Below are positions 1-14,655 of a stretch of 64,000 nucleotides of DNA, piece by piece. The first letter of the stretch is position 1. Every line of letters starts with the position of its first letter. Origin of the DNA: the human T2T-CHM13v2.0 reference genome, Homo sapiens; the NCBI RefSeq assembly GCF_009914755.1, contig NC_060929.1, one strand, 5' to 3'. Position numbers and translations under genes: made by a program. The notes beneath the pieces are model-generated. The model had not been told where the DNA came from. It saw only the letters and a program-made list of their open reading frames with translations, and searched no databases.

Positions 1-1669
1 AACGGTCTTGATCAAGGTCAGTATCCTTCTATCTTTGTTTTTAACCTACATCCTACCATCTTCTCTATCAATTATTCCTTGTCTCTTCAGCCTCTTTACT
101 CTTGACTGGATCTTCCCCTGCAATTTATAACATACTTGAGTATCTTCCATCCTAATATTTAAAAATTAAAAATCTCTGGGAATCTGCTTCTCTATTGACT
201 GCTACACACTCTGTCTTAGTCAAACCAGAGTCTGTTTCCACGTTATTACCTTCTGTTCACTCTGAAACCTGCTTATTTCTGTCTTCCTTATCCAGTTATG
301 CCGCTGAAATCATTTTTGAGATGGTTAACCTTGACATCTTTACTACTATATCTAATGGACACTTCAAATCTTCATTTTACTTGACTTTTTCTGCTTGTAT
401 TTGACACTTAACTACTCACAACATCCTGAGTCTATTTCCTTGGCACTATTTCTCCTGATTTTCTTTCTGCCTTTCTGATTGTTGCTTCTTGTCTCCCAAA
501 TGGATTCTTTTTTAGCTCACTTAAATATTGCTGTTCTTCATATTTCTGTTGACTTACCTGTCTTTTCTCTTGATATGGTTCCACTCGTAGGACATTAACA
601 TCTAACATATATATTGCTTTCAAAACCAAAATTGTAACCTGACCTCTCCCAGGCCTTAGATACATATATGACCAATTATCAGATCACCAAAAATTTGTTT
701 CTATTACCTGCTTATAAAGTTCATGGCGTGATAAATTGTGTGAGATGATTTCAACAGCCTTTGAGAAATTGAAATCTAATTTTTGTGTTAGTCTAGTTTT
801 TATTTCCCCATAGACATGTCATCCTGTTCATTTTGTGCAATGTATTTACATCCTAGCTTAGTTGAATGCCAATTTTGTATAAGATTCACATTTAAAATAT
901 TGAGCACTTCTTGAAAATTTAAAACAGTGGCAAAATAGTTGATAAATTTAGTTTTTAAAAAACTGAATTAATATGTTTAAAAGTAAGTTCTACCTTTTTT
1001 CAAGGATATTTAGCTATTCTTGACCCTATGCACTTCCCTATATATTTTAGAACTATCTAGTCAACTTACATACACACACATACACACACACATGCACACA
1101 CCTGCTTGGCTCTTAATTGGGACTTCTTGTATGTTTTGATATATTAACAAATGTGTAAGAATGCTAACAAAAAAACATAAAAATGATTAAAAGAAATTAA
1201 AGAATATCAAAATAAGTAGAAGGATATATTATATTCATGAACCGGAAAGAGGACTTATTCTCCCAGTTATTAAGATATAAAGCTCCTGTAATTAATACAG
1301 TGCTCAATTGGTACAAGAATAGACAAATAGACCAACTGAATAGAACAGAGAATCCATAAACAGACCTACACATAAAGGACACTTGATTTATGCAAAAAAG
1401 AGTATTCTAGGACAATAGAAAAAGGGCTTTCTTTAAAGAAAAAATAGATTAATTGGATACTCATGGGGAAAAATTTGACTCTTACCTCATATTAGTTCCA
1501 GATGGATTATAAATCTAAACGTGAAAGGTAAACTAACAAAGCTTCTAGAATACAACAGGAGAATATTTTCATGACCTTAGGTGTAAGTCAAGATTCTCTT
1601 TGACACAGAAAGCACGTAAGATAAAGGAAAAGATTAATAAATTGGATGACATTAAAATTATGATATGCT

Positions 1670-1810
1670 TTTATTTATTTTAAGACTGGATCTCACTATT
1701 TTGCCCAAGCTGGTCTCAAACTCCTGGGCTCAAGGTATCCTCCTGCTTCAGCCTCCCCCGTCAGCCTCCTGAGTAGCAGGGATTATAGGCACACACCACC
1801 ATGCCTGGCT
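1670..1810 (-). mobile_element. Alu monomer (FLAM-like)
   Basis: Single arm: tggtctcaaactcctgggctcaag...gattataggc...cctggct. Confidence 0.8.
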
Positions 1811-2068
1811 AAGAATTTCTTCCTTAAAAGACATTATTAAAAGAATGAAAAGGCAAGTCACGGAGTAAGAGAAGAAATTTGTCCATATATAATCAAAAAA
1901 GGACAGGCTCCTAGAATATGTTTTTTAAAGTAAAAATCAAAAATTGTTTTAAGAAAGACATCTCTCAATAGAAAAGCAAGAAGAGATTTTAACAGAAATT
2001 AACAAAGAGGATATCCAAATGTCCAACTAATATATGCAGAGGTACTCAATCTCATTAATAGCCAAGGA

Positions 2069-2117
2069 GATGCAAATTAAAACCACAATGTGATGCAAAT
2101 TAAAACCACAATGTGAT
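2069..2117 (+). repeat. 23-bp perfect tandem duplication within L1
   Basis: gatgcaaattaaaaccacaatgt x2. Confidence 0.95.
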
Positions 2118-3198
2118 TATACTACATGCCCACAAAAATGGCTAAAATGGAAAAGATTGACAATACTGTCAGTAATGATGTGGAGCAACTTGGACTTAAA
2201 ACTGAGATTTGTGTTAATTGTTAAAAAACCATTTTAGAAAACTCTTTGGCAATATCTACTAGGTATCAGCACATGCATACCTTATGGCCTAGCAGTTTCA
2301 CCAAAAGATATGTACAGGAATATTTATAGCAACCTTATTCATAGTAGCCAAAATGAAATAATCCAAATGTCCATCAGCAGTAGAATGGATAAATAAATGT
2401 TGATACAGTCAATCAGTTGAATACTACACAGCAGTGAAAATGAACAAACTACTGCTACAGGCAGTGAATGATCTTAAAACAGTGTTGGGCAAAAGACAAA
2501 CACAAAAGAATACGTACTATATGACTTTATTTATATAGAATTCAAGCAGTCAAACTATCAGTAGTATTACAAGTCAAAATAGTGATATCCTGTATAGGAA
2601 AGGGTAGTGATTGTGAGGGGCAAGAAAGAGGCTTCTGGAATTATGGTAATGTTTTGTTTCTTGACCTGGGTAGTATAGAGCTTAATAGATTTTGTGATAA
2701 TTCATTAAGCTGTACACTTTCCTTTTTGTGTGTTACAGTTTTTTTAAGTGGCTATTAATAGAAAATAAAACCCTTATAATTAAAAAATCTTTTATATTTT
2801 TCTCATGCACAGCACTTGTAATCCAAAATACACTAATACCTGCGTTCCCCAAAGTGAGAAACCCCAAATGTTAGAATACTGAACTTTAGCCAACCATGGT
2901 ACAATGGCTGAAAAAAACAACTGTAGCTAAATAACAGTAAAACTAAAAATTCTTGACCAAAAATATTCAAGTGGTAATAAACTTTATGAAAATAAAATTT
3001 TAGTTATTTAAGCAAACTGGGTTTTGGTGGATTGACCTGGCTCATCAGAAAAGGAAATTTTTAATATAAAATTGTTTTGTGTAACGAGACTGTGAATGGT
3101 AACATTAAATATTGTACAGTATACTATTGCACAGTATTATTAACATTACACAAAATAAGTAGATTTATTTCTAGATTCTAATAATTTTCTTAACTTAC

Positions 3199-3294
3199 CA
3201 AATAAATTAGTGCTGCATATGAAGCATATATTATGCTAGTTAAAGCAGTCTTTGCTGGAAAGGAGATGATTTCAAACAAAGAACCCTTTCTGAC
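3199..3294 (-). CDS. SPATA9: SPATA9 coding exon 4 ([32 protein letters not shown]), hydrophobic segment
   Basis: Acceptor ttctgtttttgcAG, donor TTG|GTAAGT. 96 nt, phase 0-0, continuing the SPATA9 frame. The terminal exon is outside the window. Confidence 0.93.
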
Positions 3295-4145
3295 CTGCAA
3301 AAACAGAAAAGATTTTCTTAATAAACAAACATTTTCAGTGTTTCAATGTCATATTGTACAATGTTACTGTAAAATGAGAATTTATTTTTTTCTAAAGAAA
3401 GTCATCTACTTTAGAGCTATCTGGGCTTTTTCACATTGTGAAAATTATTTTTCCTTTTTTAACAAGAAGACAGTTTCTTGTGCTAATCAAAACCTGTGAC
3501 AAATCTATAAAAATCTTGCATTTCTGCGATCTAAATGACTAATTTTTGCCAATTACCAACTGTGCACACTAGGAGGTGCTGCTGTGCATATTAGAAAAAC
3601 AGTCTTTCCTTTGTTAAAATTCATGTAATCATTCTTTACTAATTATTCACAACCTCAATTAAGTAAACAGCAATCAAAATAATAAGCTTTTCCTAGAGAT
3701 TAATGACCTGCTTGGAAATGTTAATCATGAGACTGCTGAAGGCGAGCATTAACCTTAGATGATCATTAAGCTTCAGAAAATGTTCTGTGCTCATATGCAA
3801 CAGGCTCTTATGAAACACAGAGAAGTTTAACACCAATAATGAAGTTGCCTCTCCTGTGTTTCTAGTTTCTGGCAGTAGGTGTACCGGCCTGAAACATATC
3901 AGCTTAACATACTTAGTTATACTGTCTCATGGGCCACCTTTGTTGCCTTGAGCAGGGTATGAAATGAGGACTTTAGGAAATACATTCCCTTTCCATTCAG
4001 CAGTGAAGTGACAGTTAGCCAGGCTCCTCTGAAGTAAGAGCCAAGCAACTTAATGGCTTCGATGAACTTCCAAAAGGTACAGGCTGTAGCTGATAAAATC
4101 ATATAAATGCATGGTAAAAACATGCACATAATGTTCATTAGACAA

Positions 4146-4233
4146 CGTTCATTAAAGAGTTATAACATTGAAAAAACTAAAACAATGATCGTTGATTAAA
4201 GAGTTATAACATTGAAAAAACTAAAACAATGAT
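4146..4233 (+). repeat. 44-bp tandem duplication (1 mismatch)
   Basis: cgtt(c/g)attaaagagttataacattgaaaaaactaaaacaatgat x2. Confidence 0.95.
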
Positions 4234-4299
4234 TCCAGAATAGTTAGGAAAATTATGTTATATCCACTCAGTGGTATATTATGCAATCTTTTTATTTTT

Positions 4300-4915
4300 T
4301 CAAACCTTTTATGTATTTTTAATTGACACATTGTAATGGTACATATTTAAGGAGTACAATTTGATGTTCCCATAGAAGTCTATGTTATATAATGATCCAA
4401 TCAGGGTAGTTAGCATCTGTATCACATTGTGCATTTATCATTTCTTTGTGGTGAGAACATTAAAAGATCCTCTCTTCTAGCTATTTTGTAATACATAATA
4501 TTTTACTGTTAACCGTAGTCACCCTACTGCGCAGTAGAACACCAGAATTTATTCTGCCTATCTAATTGTAATTTTGTACCCATTTAACAACCTCTCACCA
4601 TCCTTCCCTTTTCCCCTTTCCCTACCTAGTCTCTGGTAACCACTGTTCTCCTCTCTGCTTCTATGTACCAACTTTTTGTTGTTGTAGTTGTTAAAATTTC
4701 ACGTGTGGGTGAGATCATGTGGTACTTGTCTTTCTGTGCCTGGCTTATTTCATTTAATGTGATCTCCAGATTCATCCTTGCCATCACAAATGACAGAATT
4801 CTTTTTAATGGTTAAATAGTATTCAATTGTGTATATAAACCACATTTTCTTTATCCATTCACCTGTGGTTGGACACGTAGGTTGATTCTATATCCAGGCT
4901 ATTGTGAATAGTATG
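4300..4915 (-). mobile_element. L1MA-like 3' end
   Basis: gagatcatgtggtacttgtctttctgtgcctggcttatttca and ccacattttctttatccattca. Confidence 0.8.
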
Positions 4916-4925
4916 CAGCCTTTTA

Positions 4926-5780
<855 letters not shown>

Positions 5781-6979
5781 GACATTAATAGTCCCTTATT
5801 AGAGAGGGAATATTAATAATAGTAATAATAATAGAGAAAGATCAAGGTTCAAAATAGTAAGCATAACAAGTATGATTGATTCCATTTATATAACATACAA
5901 AAACAAGCCAAACTATGCTGTTGGAAGAAAAGGAAACAATTATCCTAGCAAGGGTGAGAATTAGTGACTGTAAGGCAGCAGCATGAGATTTCTTGAGTGC
6001 TGCTTACCAAGATGTGTTCAATCTATGAAAATTTATGGAGCTATACACTTAATTTGTGCACTATTCTGTATACTTCAGTATAAAGCTTAAAAATTCTACA
6101 TCCCATGTTTTTATGATTAAACACAATTAACATTGCATAGAAAGAAGTTTGGACAGAAATGCACCAAAAGTTTAATTGCTGTTATGATTTAGTTATGTGG
6201 CTTTGTATAGTTAACATTTGTAGAACACTCATTACATGCTAGGTTCTATTCTACTGGCTTTCCTTGCATTCTCTCATTTTATCCTCTAACAAACCTATGA
6301 AATAAGAACACAGGTTCAGAGAAATTAAATTCTTTCTTGTTTTCTATATTTTCTATGTTAGGTTGAAAGTACATATGGTATTTTGTAAATGAAATTATTA
6401 AAATATGTGTACATCCTGTTCTAGTATGCTCAGTGTTCGCTTAGTGCTGCCACTACTGAATGCAGAACAAAAATGCCCACTGCAATTTCCTTCTTCCCTC
6501 TTAAGTGATTTACAGAACAAGGAAACCAAGAATAGGATCTAGCCTAGTAGCTAAGAGTGGGGGGGTGGGGGTGCTGGGGGTTGGGGAAAGGCTGTTTTCT
6601 TTCTTCCTCCTTTCTCTTCGGGCCGTACTAACTCCTAGATGTAGGGATAGGTAGGGAAAGTTTCTGCCCACTCCCTCCATAGGTCACCTGCAGCATTTCC
6701 CAGAATTCCTGGCTTCTGGAAAGAGTTTCCAGGAAATGAAGCAGCTGCTGCTTTTTCTCTCTAGAAAGAATCAAATTGATAGCATGCCTTTGAATCCCAC
6801 TTTTAGGCTACACGGAGACAAATATACAAGTAGAGAGCAGACTCTCTAGGAGGAAGAAAAGCAGATATACCTCCTAGCAGAGTGAAAAGGTTCTTAAGCT
6901 TGTGAATATATGAATTCACAGTGGGAGGTCCATGTTCAATCATTGGTAGGCCATATACAATAAAAATAAAAGTTGTGTT

Positions 6980-7386
6980 GTATGGGTTGGATCTGTGTCC
7001 CCACCAAATCTCATGTTGAAAGGTAATCCCAAATACTGGAGGTGGGTCTGGTGGGAGGTCATTGGATCATGGGGGCAGTTTCTCATGGTTTAACACCATC
7101 CCCCCTTGGTGCTGTCTTCAGGATAGTGAATTCTCATGATATCTAGTTGTATAAAAGTGTATGGCCTCTCCCACCTCTCTCTCTTCCTCCTGTTCCAGCC
7201 ATGTGAAGTGCTGGTTTCCCCTTTGCCTTCCACCTTGATTGTAAGTTCCCTGAGGCCTCCCCAGAAGCTGATGCTGCCATGCTTCCTATACAGCCTACAG
7301 AACCATGAGCCAATTAAACCTCTTTTCTTTATAAATTACCCAGACTCAGGTATTTCTTTATAGAAGTGCAAGAATGGACTAGTACG
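6980..7386 (+). mobile_element. MSTB-like MaLR LTR
   Basis: tgtgtccccaccaaatctcatgttgaa...ataaattacccagactcaggtatttcttta. Confidence 0.85.
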
Positions 7387-10300
7387 GGTGTCTACATGAG
7401 AAATTACTCTTTCTGTTTTATTACATCTTTCTTTCTCAGGTTTTGTCCTTCACCTAAAAGTAATTAAAGCTGATTAGTTTCAAAATAAATTATGTACTTG
7501 ATATATGGTATGCTTCTGAATAATTAATCTTTATATTGTTTAAGGGTCATATTTAAATATTTTAATGCTTTTAATAATTACTTTTTATTCCTGTAACAAG
7601 AAAATATATTTCCTCCAAAATATATGTGGCTCCTGGCAAGTAGCCATTTTTCAACTTTATGATTCACTTAAAAAACATGTTTTTCATATTATAAACCATG
7701 CTGTTTCATTTTTGTCTTGCTTTGAGCAGAAATAGTGTATGGTAAAAGCTAAGAGAAAAAACAGGAGAAATTTGGTAAGTGGCAGTCTTTAGATGATCTT
7801 GGCCTATTTCAAAATTTTTATCTCAACCTTGTTATATTAATTTCACTTTATGTGCATATTTGAGTTAAAAAATGTCTTGGTATCAATGTTATGTTCATAT
7901 ATTTCTTTTTAAATTTGGTTATGTAAAACATGTAAAATATATGGATATTTGAGCAGTAAAAACATTTTGAACCTTTAATTCAACTTTTTCCACAGAATTT
8001 TGACTGCCTTATCTCATAAAAGAAGTATGTGTGTTCATCTTATTTTCACTATTGAGATAAATCACACAAAAAACCCAACAGTGAGCAGTAAAGATTCACT
8101 TATACATGACCTGAAGGTTGGAGAATTACCAGGCCCCATGTAGTTTACATTGTCCAAAACCACCCTGACGAGAGTTACAAGGGGAGTCATAGGGGAAGTT
8201 CTAACTCTCAGACAAATGTTGCAGGAAACACTGACTGCTACTTATAGAGAGGTCCAGGAAATAAAGTATTCCTGTTAAGTTTGGAAAAGCTGCACAAATG
8301 TGTCTTTACTTAGCAACTCACAACACCTTTGAATACAGGAAAGACTCCTGACTTTAAAGAAAGCTACCTGACTTTATTAACCCCAGTGTTAACATTCTGT
8401 AGAACATTGTTCTTAAACAAGCTTTTAATCCGGTGGTCCTGTAAAGGCTCAAATGTCCTAATCCCTTTGCCAACGTGGAGGAGTACTGTATGTCTTCAAG
8501 AGCCCAGGAGTTCTATCTAGGAAATATCCTCTTTCCCCGGGTCTAGATTATACCAGCCAAGTTAGCCTCATGGCAGGCCCATGTGGGACCTACAGAACTT
8601 CCTGATATTTATGAGGTTTATAGTTTAAACCCCAAATTGGAGTCTAACTTAGAGGGTGGGGTAAGGAAGAAACTTTACATAGGTAAGTTTCTGATCCTTA
8701 TCCTGAAAAAAGAACACGAGTTCACTGGGATCCACCTTACAGCCCAGGCATTGTAAACGCTGAGGATTTTCTTCACTTTGGTCCCTATCTTATTCTATAC
8801 CATGCCGCAGTATGCATACAAAGTAAAAACAGTCAACTCTAATGCCATTATAGGGATGAGTCTATCACAGGAAGAGCTCTTGGTCCTGTGGCTCTGCATT
8901 GGCCTGCCAGAATCAACAATGATGTCTGGGAGCTGACGTGTCTTGGCTGAAGTCAGCATTCAAGGCGATTATCTAGGTCACTGCAGCCTAGAGCAGCTGC
9001 GGACTCAACTCAGGCAGGCAACTCACAAGGCTAAGCAGATGCACCATTCTGTAAATACTGGCACTGGAGATGTTGAAAACTACCAGGAAATTCTCTACTA
9101 AGAGTTTTCCATTCCTGAGGCTTTTTATAGAACTAGCCACAATTCTATCACTGCAGTCTCATTCCTGCAGAACCTGGAGGGGTTTGAGGAATAATTTTAT
9201 TCAGCATCCATAGAGCCAAGTACAAAAGAACCCTCTTCTAACAAGGTGGCAAGCTGGAAAGGCTTGACCCCAACCATCTGTGCACATGTCTCAGGCCATT
9301 AGAATCGCTTTAGGCCATTCCTGCCGGTTGGGTCTTTGGGAGGCTTCTATTTGGCACAACATTTCAATACGCTATGACATATTAAGCATGCTCTAGAGCT
9401 GAACATCCAATCAGAAAGGCCCGGGTGGATGGCAGAGGGAGCTCCTGAGCCAGTGTCCATTCTTCACCTTGAGAAGAACATTAATGGATGCTGCATTTCA
9501 GAGCTCCCCATGTCGAAGAGCTGAAACACTATTCTAGTTATTGTTTGTGTCCTAATGAAAATGTTCCTCTATTTCTTTGTTTCCAAAGGAAGTCACCTGC
9601 CTCACTGGTATTCTCAGCCATATAATAGAGAGTTTTGGTAGAGCTATTTAAGGTGCTCCAGCTACAAATGCATTTTTTCATCATTTGTCATCCACAAAAC
9701 AGTGACCAGACAGAACACATCCAGAAGATATTTGAAAGACACCTTCAGGTAAGTTAACCAGGCCACTTACCTTCTTACAGCTAAGTTTTCCTAGAGTGAT
9801 ATCTTTCATGCATCCACAAAGCATATCCCCTTGCATGGTCCTTCCAGCTTTCACCCCTTTTACTTCCCCACACAAAGCTCCATCTGAGACAGGCAGTTTG
9901 ACAATTCTTAAAGGAATTCATGCTGGAATCCACTCTGGGTAAGCTGAACTCTGTCTGATGCGGCTTCTCATACTACTGTACTTTGCTCTCAGCACACTCT
10001 GGTACCATGGATGCACTCCATTTACAGACCAATCCATTGACCTCTGCCACATCTCATACATTCCGGTTGCACCTTTGACTCTCCAGGCCATTGTCCTCAT
10101 AGTCAGTTCTGTTTCTGTCCTCACTGAGCCTTTGAGATTTGAGAGACGTTGTTTACTACAACTTAGTTTTCCCTCACTGGCAATTCTGATTATCAACCCT
10201 AGCTACTGTATACTCCCCACGTAAAGCTTCTTCCTAACCCCAGCCCCCAAGGACCCTGGAACCTCTGACCTGGGACTGTTCTCACTTGTCTCACTCCAGC

Positions 10301-10654
10301 CATACAGAACTACTTATGTTCTCCAAATAAGTCATGTTCTCGCTCACCTCAGTATCTTCATATATACTGTTCTTTTCTTGGAATGATTCTCCTACTTCTC
10401 ATCTAGCTAATTCCTACTCCAAGACTCAGATACAGTATCCTATCTCTAGAATGTCTACATGGACCACTCTTTGGAATGCTATGTCTCTTCTTGATGTTTC
10501 TGTAGTGCACTTTGCATACTTTGATCATCCACTTGCTACATCCTACTGACACTGCTTATTTGCCTGTGAGCCCCACAGTCCATAGGGCAAGGGTGAGACA
10601 TCTCTGAGTCCCTGGTACCTAATCTAGTGATTTTGCATATCAGGTTTTCAATAA

Positions 10655-10951
10655 CTTTTTTTTTGTTTTTGAGATGGAGTTTCGCTCTTGTTGCCCAGAC
10701 TGGAGGGCAGTGGCACGATCTTGGCTCACTGCAACCTCGCCTCCAGGGTTCAAGCGATTCTCCTGCCTCAGCCTCCTGAGTAGCTGGGATTACAGGTGCC
10801 TGCCATCATGCCCAGCTAATGTTTGTATTTTTAGTAGAGACAGGGTTTCACCATGTTAGCCAGGCTGGTCTTGAACTTCTGACCTCAGGTGATCCACCAC
10901 CTCGGCCTCCCAAAGTGCTGGGATTACAGGCATGAGCCACCACGCCTGGCC
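10655..10951 (-). mobile_element. AluS
   Basis: Poly-T head followed by a full antisense dimer. Confidence 0.95.
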
Positions 10952-11118
10952 GCTATTTGTTGAATAAATAAAAATGTAGAAGTATATTTCACTTCCAATA
11001 AATTTAATCATCTTAAAACTTGGAAGATATTAAGAAGTAAAGCTGAAAAACATCTGGTTCCATACACATGGCAGACTGAGCTAATGTGGAGCATCTCACA
11101 CAAAAACACCTAGAAATG

Positions 11119-11177
11119 TTTTAGGGTACATGTACCCTAAAACTTAAAGTATAATTAAAAAAAGTAAAAAAAAAACC
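11119..11177 (+). mobile_element. Ultra-short young L1PA 3' terminus with 5' fold-back
   Basis: catgtaccctaaaacttaaagtataat plus an A-tail, with AGAAATG repeated on both sides. Confidence 0.8.
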
Positions 11178-12111
11178 AGAAATGCTATAAAAATGAAGTT
11201 CAAAAGATGTAATACAAAATTGAGCTTACAAAAAGGAAAGGGACCTTCCCCCCACCCCCAATGCCACGAACAAAAAGGGAACTAAAAGCCAGAGCAGCAA
11301 GTGTGTGAGCTTATATCCCAGGAACTCTGGAGATGTTACTGGACCCTAAAATAATGGTTGGGTGCTTGAGTATTAATACAGAGACTGGATATGAGACTTG
11401 GGTAGATGTGAGGTGGGGATCAAGCCTTTGCAGAACTGCAATTTCAGTGAAACTGGGACTCAAACAATTGCATCCACCAGAACAGGAAAAAAGGAAGCTG
11501 GTCTCCATGTGGGACTCCCATGAGAGATTAGAATTCCAGGCTTTCCCCTTATAAAGGGATCTGAATTTACCCTATCAGTGTGATGCAGGAAATCCTAAGC
11601 TGAAAAAAACATAAAGATTGGTCTCAGGTTGCTGGAACCCCTGGAGCAACAAGCACAATTTCTCTAGAGGGACAGTTTCACCACCAAGGCCAAAAGAGGT
11701 TTGTTTTTTTTTTTTTAAATAAACAAAACTCTGAAGTTCTTTTCTTTTCAAGTTTCAGTTAAAATTATAACATAAGAAAATTATAAGTGAGATGCAATAT
11801 AGATCACATAAGATAATTAGAATAAGGGCAAAGAAGAAGAGATTTCATAGTCATGGATTTTAAATTAATGTCAGAAAAGATAGTCACAGTTAACATCCTG
11901 ACCTTACACAAGTCACTTAGTCCCTAAGCCTGTTTTTCTTAGGTTCCTGGAATAAGTTATCACACTTGATCTCTAAATTTACCTCAGAAACTCATTATCA
12001 GTCAAAGTAAAAAGGCAAACAGATTATGTCTCTTAGTTCTCATTACTGGATAAAAACACACAAATTCAACTGGAAAGACAGATTTTTTTCTTGCCACTGA
12101 ATTTTCATGAG

Positions 12112-12608
12112 TGTTGGGAGATAAGTCTCCATGGATTTCTCTCATTCCTGTGCAGATTGGCCCTTCTGAGCAAAGGACATGTTTGAATAGCAAACAGCCT
12201 TGCAAAGTAGAAAAAGTATATCCTTCTAGAGAGACATGTACCTCCCTGAACATGTCATAGGCCATTAAAAATAAAGCCCTCTCCTTTTTCCCTGAAACAT
12301 GTACTTATATTCCAGGGTAATGAATAATTAATCTCTCTCTCTTTCTCCCTCTCTCTGTCTCTCCATCTGTATATCTTTTTGGAGAGGAGGCTAGGGAGAT
12401 GTGCCAGTGTCCCTATAAAAAGTCCCCAGGGTCTCCTGATTTCAAGGTTCCTCTCTCCTGTGATGCAACGTACTGTGTGCACAGGCAACATTTGGCCCGC
12501 ATCACATTGCCCTAAGGAATTCAAGCTTAGGGAACCAGCACAAGATACTGCTCTGGCTGATGCTTTTGCTGTGAATAATAAACCATGTGTTCGTGACCCA
12601 AGGCTCGT

Positions 12609-12639
<31 letters not shown>

Positions 12640-12728
12640 GCATGTGCATATGTATGTGTACAATTGTGGCAGGCTAATTTGTTAGCTTGTGGGTAGTGTA
12701 AGATCTCAGATCCTTCACAGTTCTGACT
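12112..12728 (+). mobile_element. ERVL-type solo LTR (subfamily uncertain) containing CT and TG microsatellites
   Basis: TG start, TATAAAA near 12415, AATAAA near 12577, and terminal tgtggcaggctaatttgttagcttg...cttcacagttctgac. Confidence 0.6.
12609..12660 (+). repeat. (TG)n microsatellite
   Basis: Read directly. Similar CA tracts occur at ~1068-1100, 41459-41476, 43295-43330 and 56626-56746. Confidence 0.9.
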
Positions 12729-12949
12729 TAGTAGAGAAGCAAAAAGGAAGACCCTGAATAGCATAATGACCTGTGTCTTTAAAGATTATTTCATATTAAA
12801 TACAGAAGTATTCTTCAAAAGACATTTCTTCTGCCAACCCTCTATAAAAAACTATAGGTTTGACAATGCAAGGAAAGAAACATGAAGTCAAAACATTAGG
12901 TTTAGAAAGATATTTCAGTGGGGATTTAAGATAATATGGTTTAGCTTTG

Positions 12950-13290
<341 letters not shown>

Positions 13291-13489
13291 TGATCTAAAG
13301 ATACAGGATTAAGGCTTGTAGTTCATAAAGAATCCAGTGGTTGGCAAACACAAACCATTTTTTACTTTCTCAGACATCAGAAATTATAAAAGAGCCTTTT
13401 ATGAATGCTGCTCTCAGGCAATTTGTAGCTGAAATATATGATGATTTCTAGAAATGTCAAAATCTTTCATTAAAGAGAGACTCCAACAT

Positions 13490-14050
13490 AAAGGGTATTT
13501 GTTGATTTCAGCTATCCAGGATCCATTTCTTACCTTCTTGAAGCAACCCAGATTTTTGAGGATTCCCCCATTCCACACCACTCTCAGGTCATGTGGTCTG
13601 GACAGAGCTCCAACCCCAGCTCTAGGGATAAGCAGGTAATCAAGTTCTAGGCCAATCAGTGCATCTCATGTCCTTGGTTTAGAGGTAAGCACTGAGAACA
13701 CAAGCCATGCTCTTGGAATGAACCTGGAGACATTCCCGTTGGGGTCAGGGGTTTTCTCCCTCTTTTTTTTCTGCTGGAATTGAACCTGGAAGATTATAGC
13801 CAAGGAACAGCTGCAAATTATCTTGCAACTATGAGGGGAAAGTCAGCCTAATAATGGAGTCAAGACAGAAAGCAGAACCAAGACACTGAGCAAAAGCGAG
13901 AAAGGATCCGGAAGGTATCGTTTGAATACCTGTATCCAGCCATGTCGGGAATCTCAACAGCTCTGGGTTGTTTATGGGAGCTAATACATCTTCTTTTTTG
14001 GTTTAACTCAATTGGAGCCCCATTTTCTTCTCCTTCAACAAAGAGTTCAA
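13490..14050 (+). mobile_element. Old MLT1 (J/K-like) LTR
   Basis: ggccaatcagtgcatctcat and tttgaatacctgtatccagccatg. Confidence 0.55.
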
Positions 14051-14655
14051 ATTAATTTGTCCTGCAGTTTAGATGCCAGAATTGCAAAATTCTGAATCTT
14101 TTGTAGTGACATTTAGGATGCTTTGTATAATGCCCAAATTGAAAAACTCTGAGTTCTGTGCCACGAAGTTTAGAAAGCAAGAAATTGATTCCAAAAAAGT
14201 TTTAAGAGTTGTTGTCCTCAACAAAATATAACACAGCCTCAATAAGAATGTAGAAAACGTAATTTGAATTTATAGGTAAATATACTCAATATATTATGTC
14301 AAACAAAGGTTGCCTTGGAAACATAACAAAGTTATGAGGAAAAAGGAACAAAACAAAATAATTTTTAAGGCTAGTTGTAAGATTTCTGTTAGATTTAACA
14401 TAAATGGTAATTTACATGCATATATTTAAGTTGCACCATTTGAAATGGACAGTTTCATATAGTTCAATTAAACAATAAGGTAGAAAAAAGTCCACGTTGC
14501 ACTATATTTTAAAAAGCCCCAACCATTCATTTCTCTTATCCAAGTATATCTGTTTTACACTGGACAATCAAGTTCACCACATTTTATTTTTCAAGTTTTG
14601 CAAATTTAAAAGTTTCTTAAAAAAGGGGAATTGTGCATATGCAGTATTCCCTTAC

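Larger units (their letters stand above)
1150..2750 (+). mobile_element. Old L1 (L1M) ORF2 3' region/3' UTR, interrupted by an Alu monomer
   Basis: Motifs atagaccaactgaatagaacagagaatcca, atgcaaattaaaaccacaatg and gaatggataaataaatg. Confidence 0.8.

Noticed and set aside
4146-4233. CRISPR-like repeat-spacer
   Set aside because: Only two abutting copies with no unique spacers and no cas genes, in a primate context.
8943-9100. Short stop-free plus-strand stretch (LAEVSIQGDYLGHCSLEQLRTQLRQ...)
   Set aside because: No recognisable homology, start codon or convincing splice pair, and its length is within chance.
12255-12764. 169-aa and 105-aa overlapping ORFs
   Set aside because: They run through an LTR and TG/CT microsatellites, which produce the HTHT/VCVC/RERE runs.
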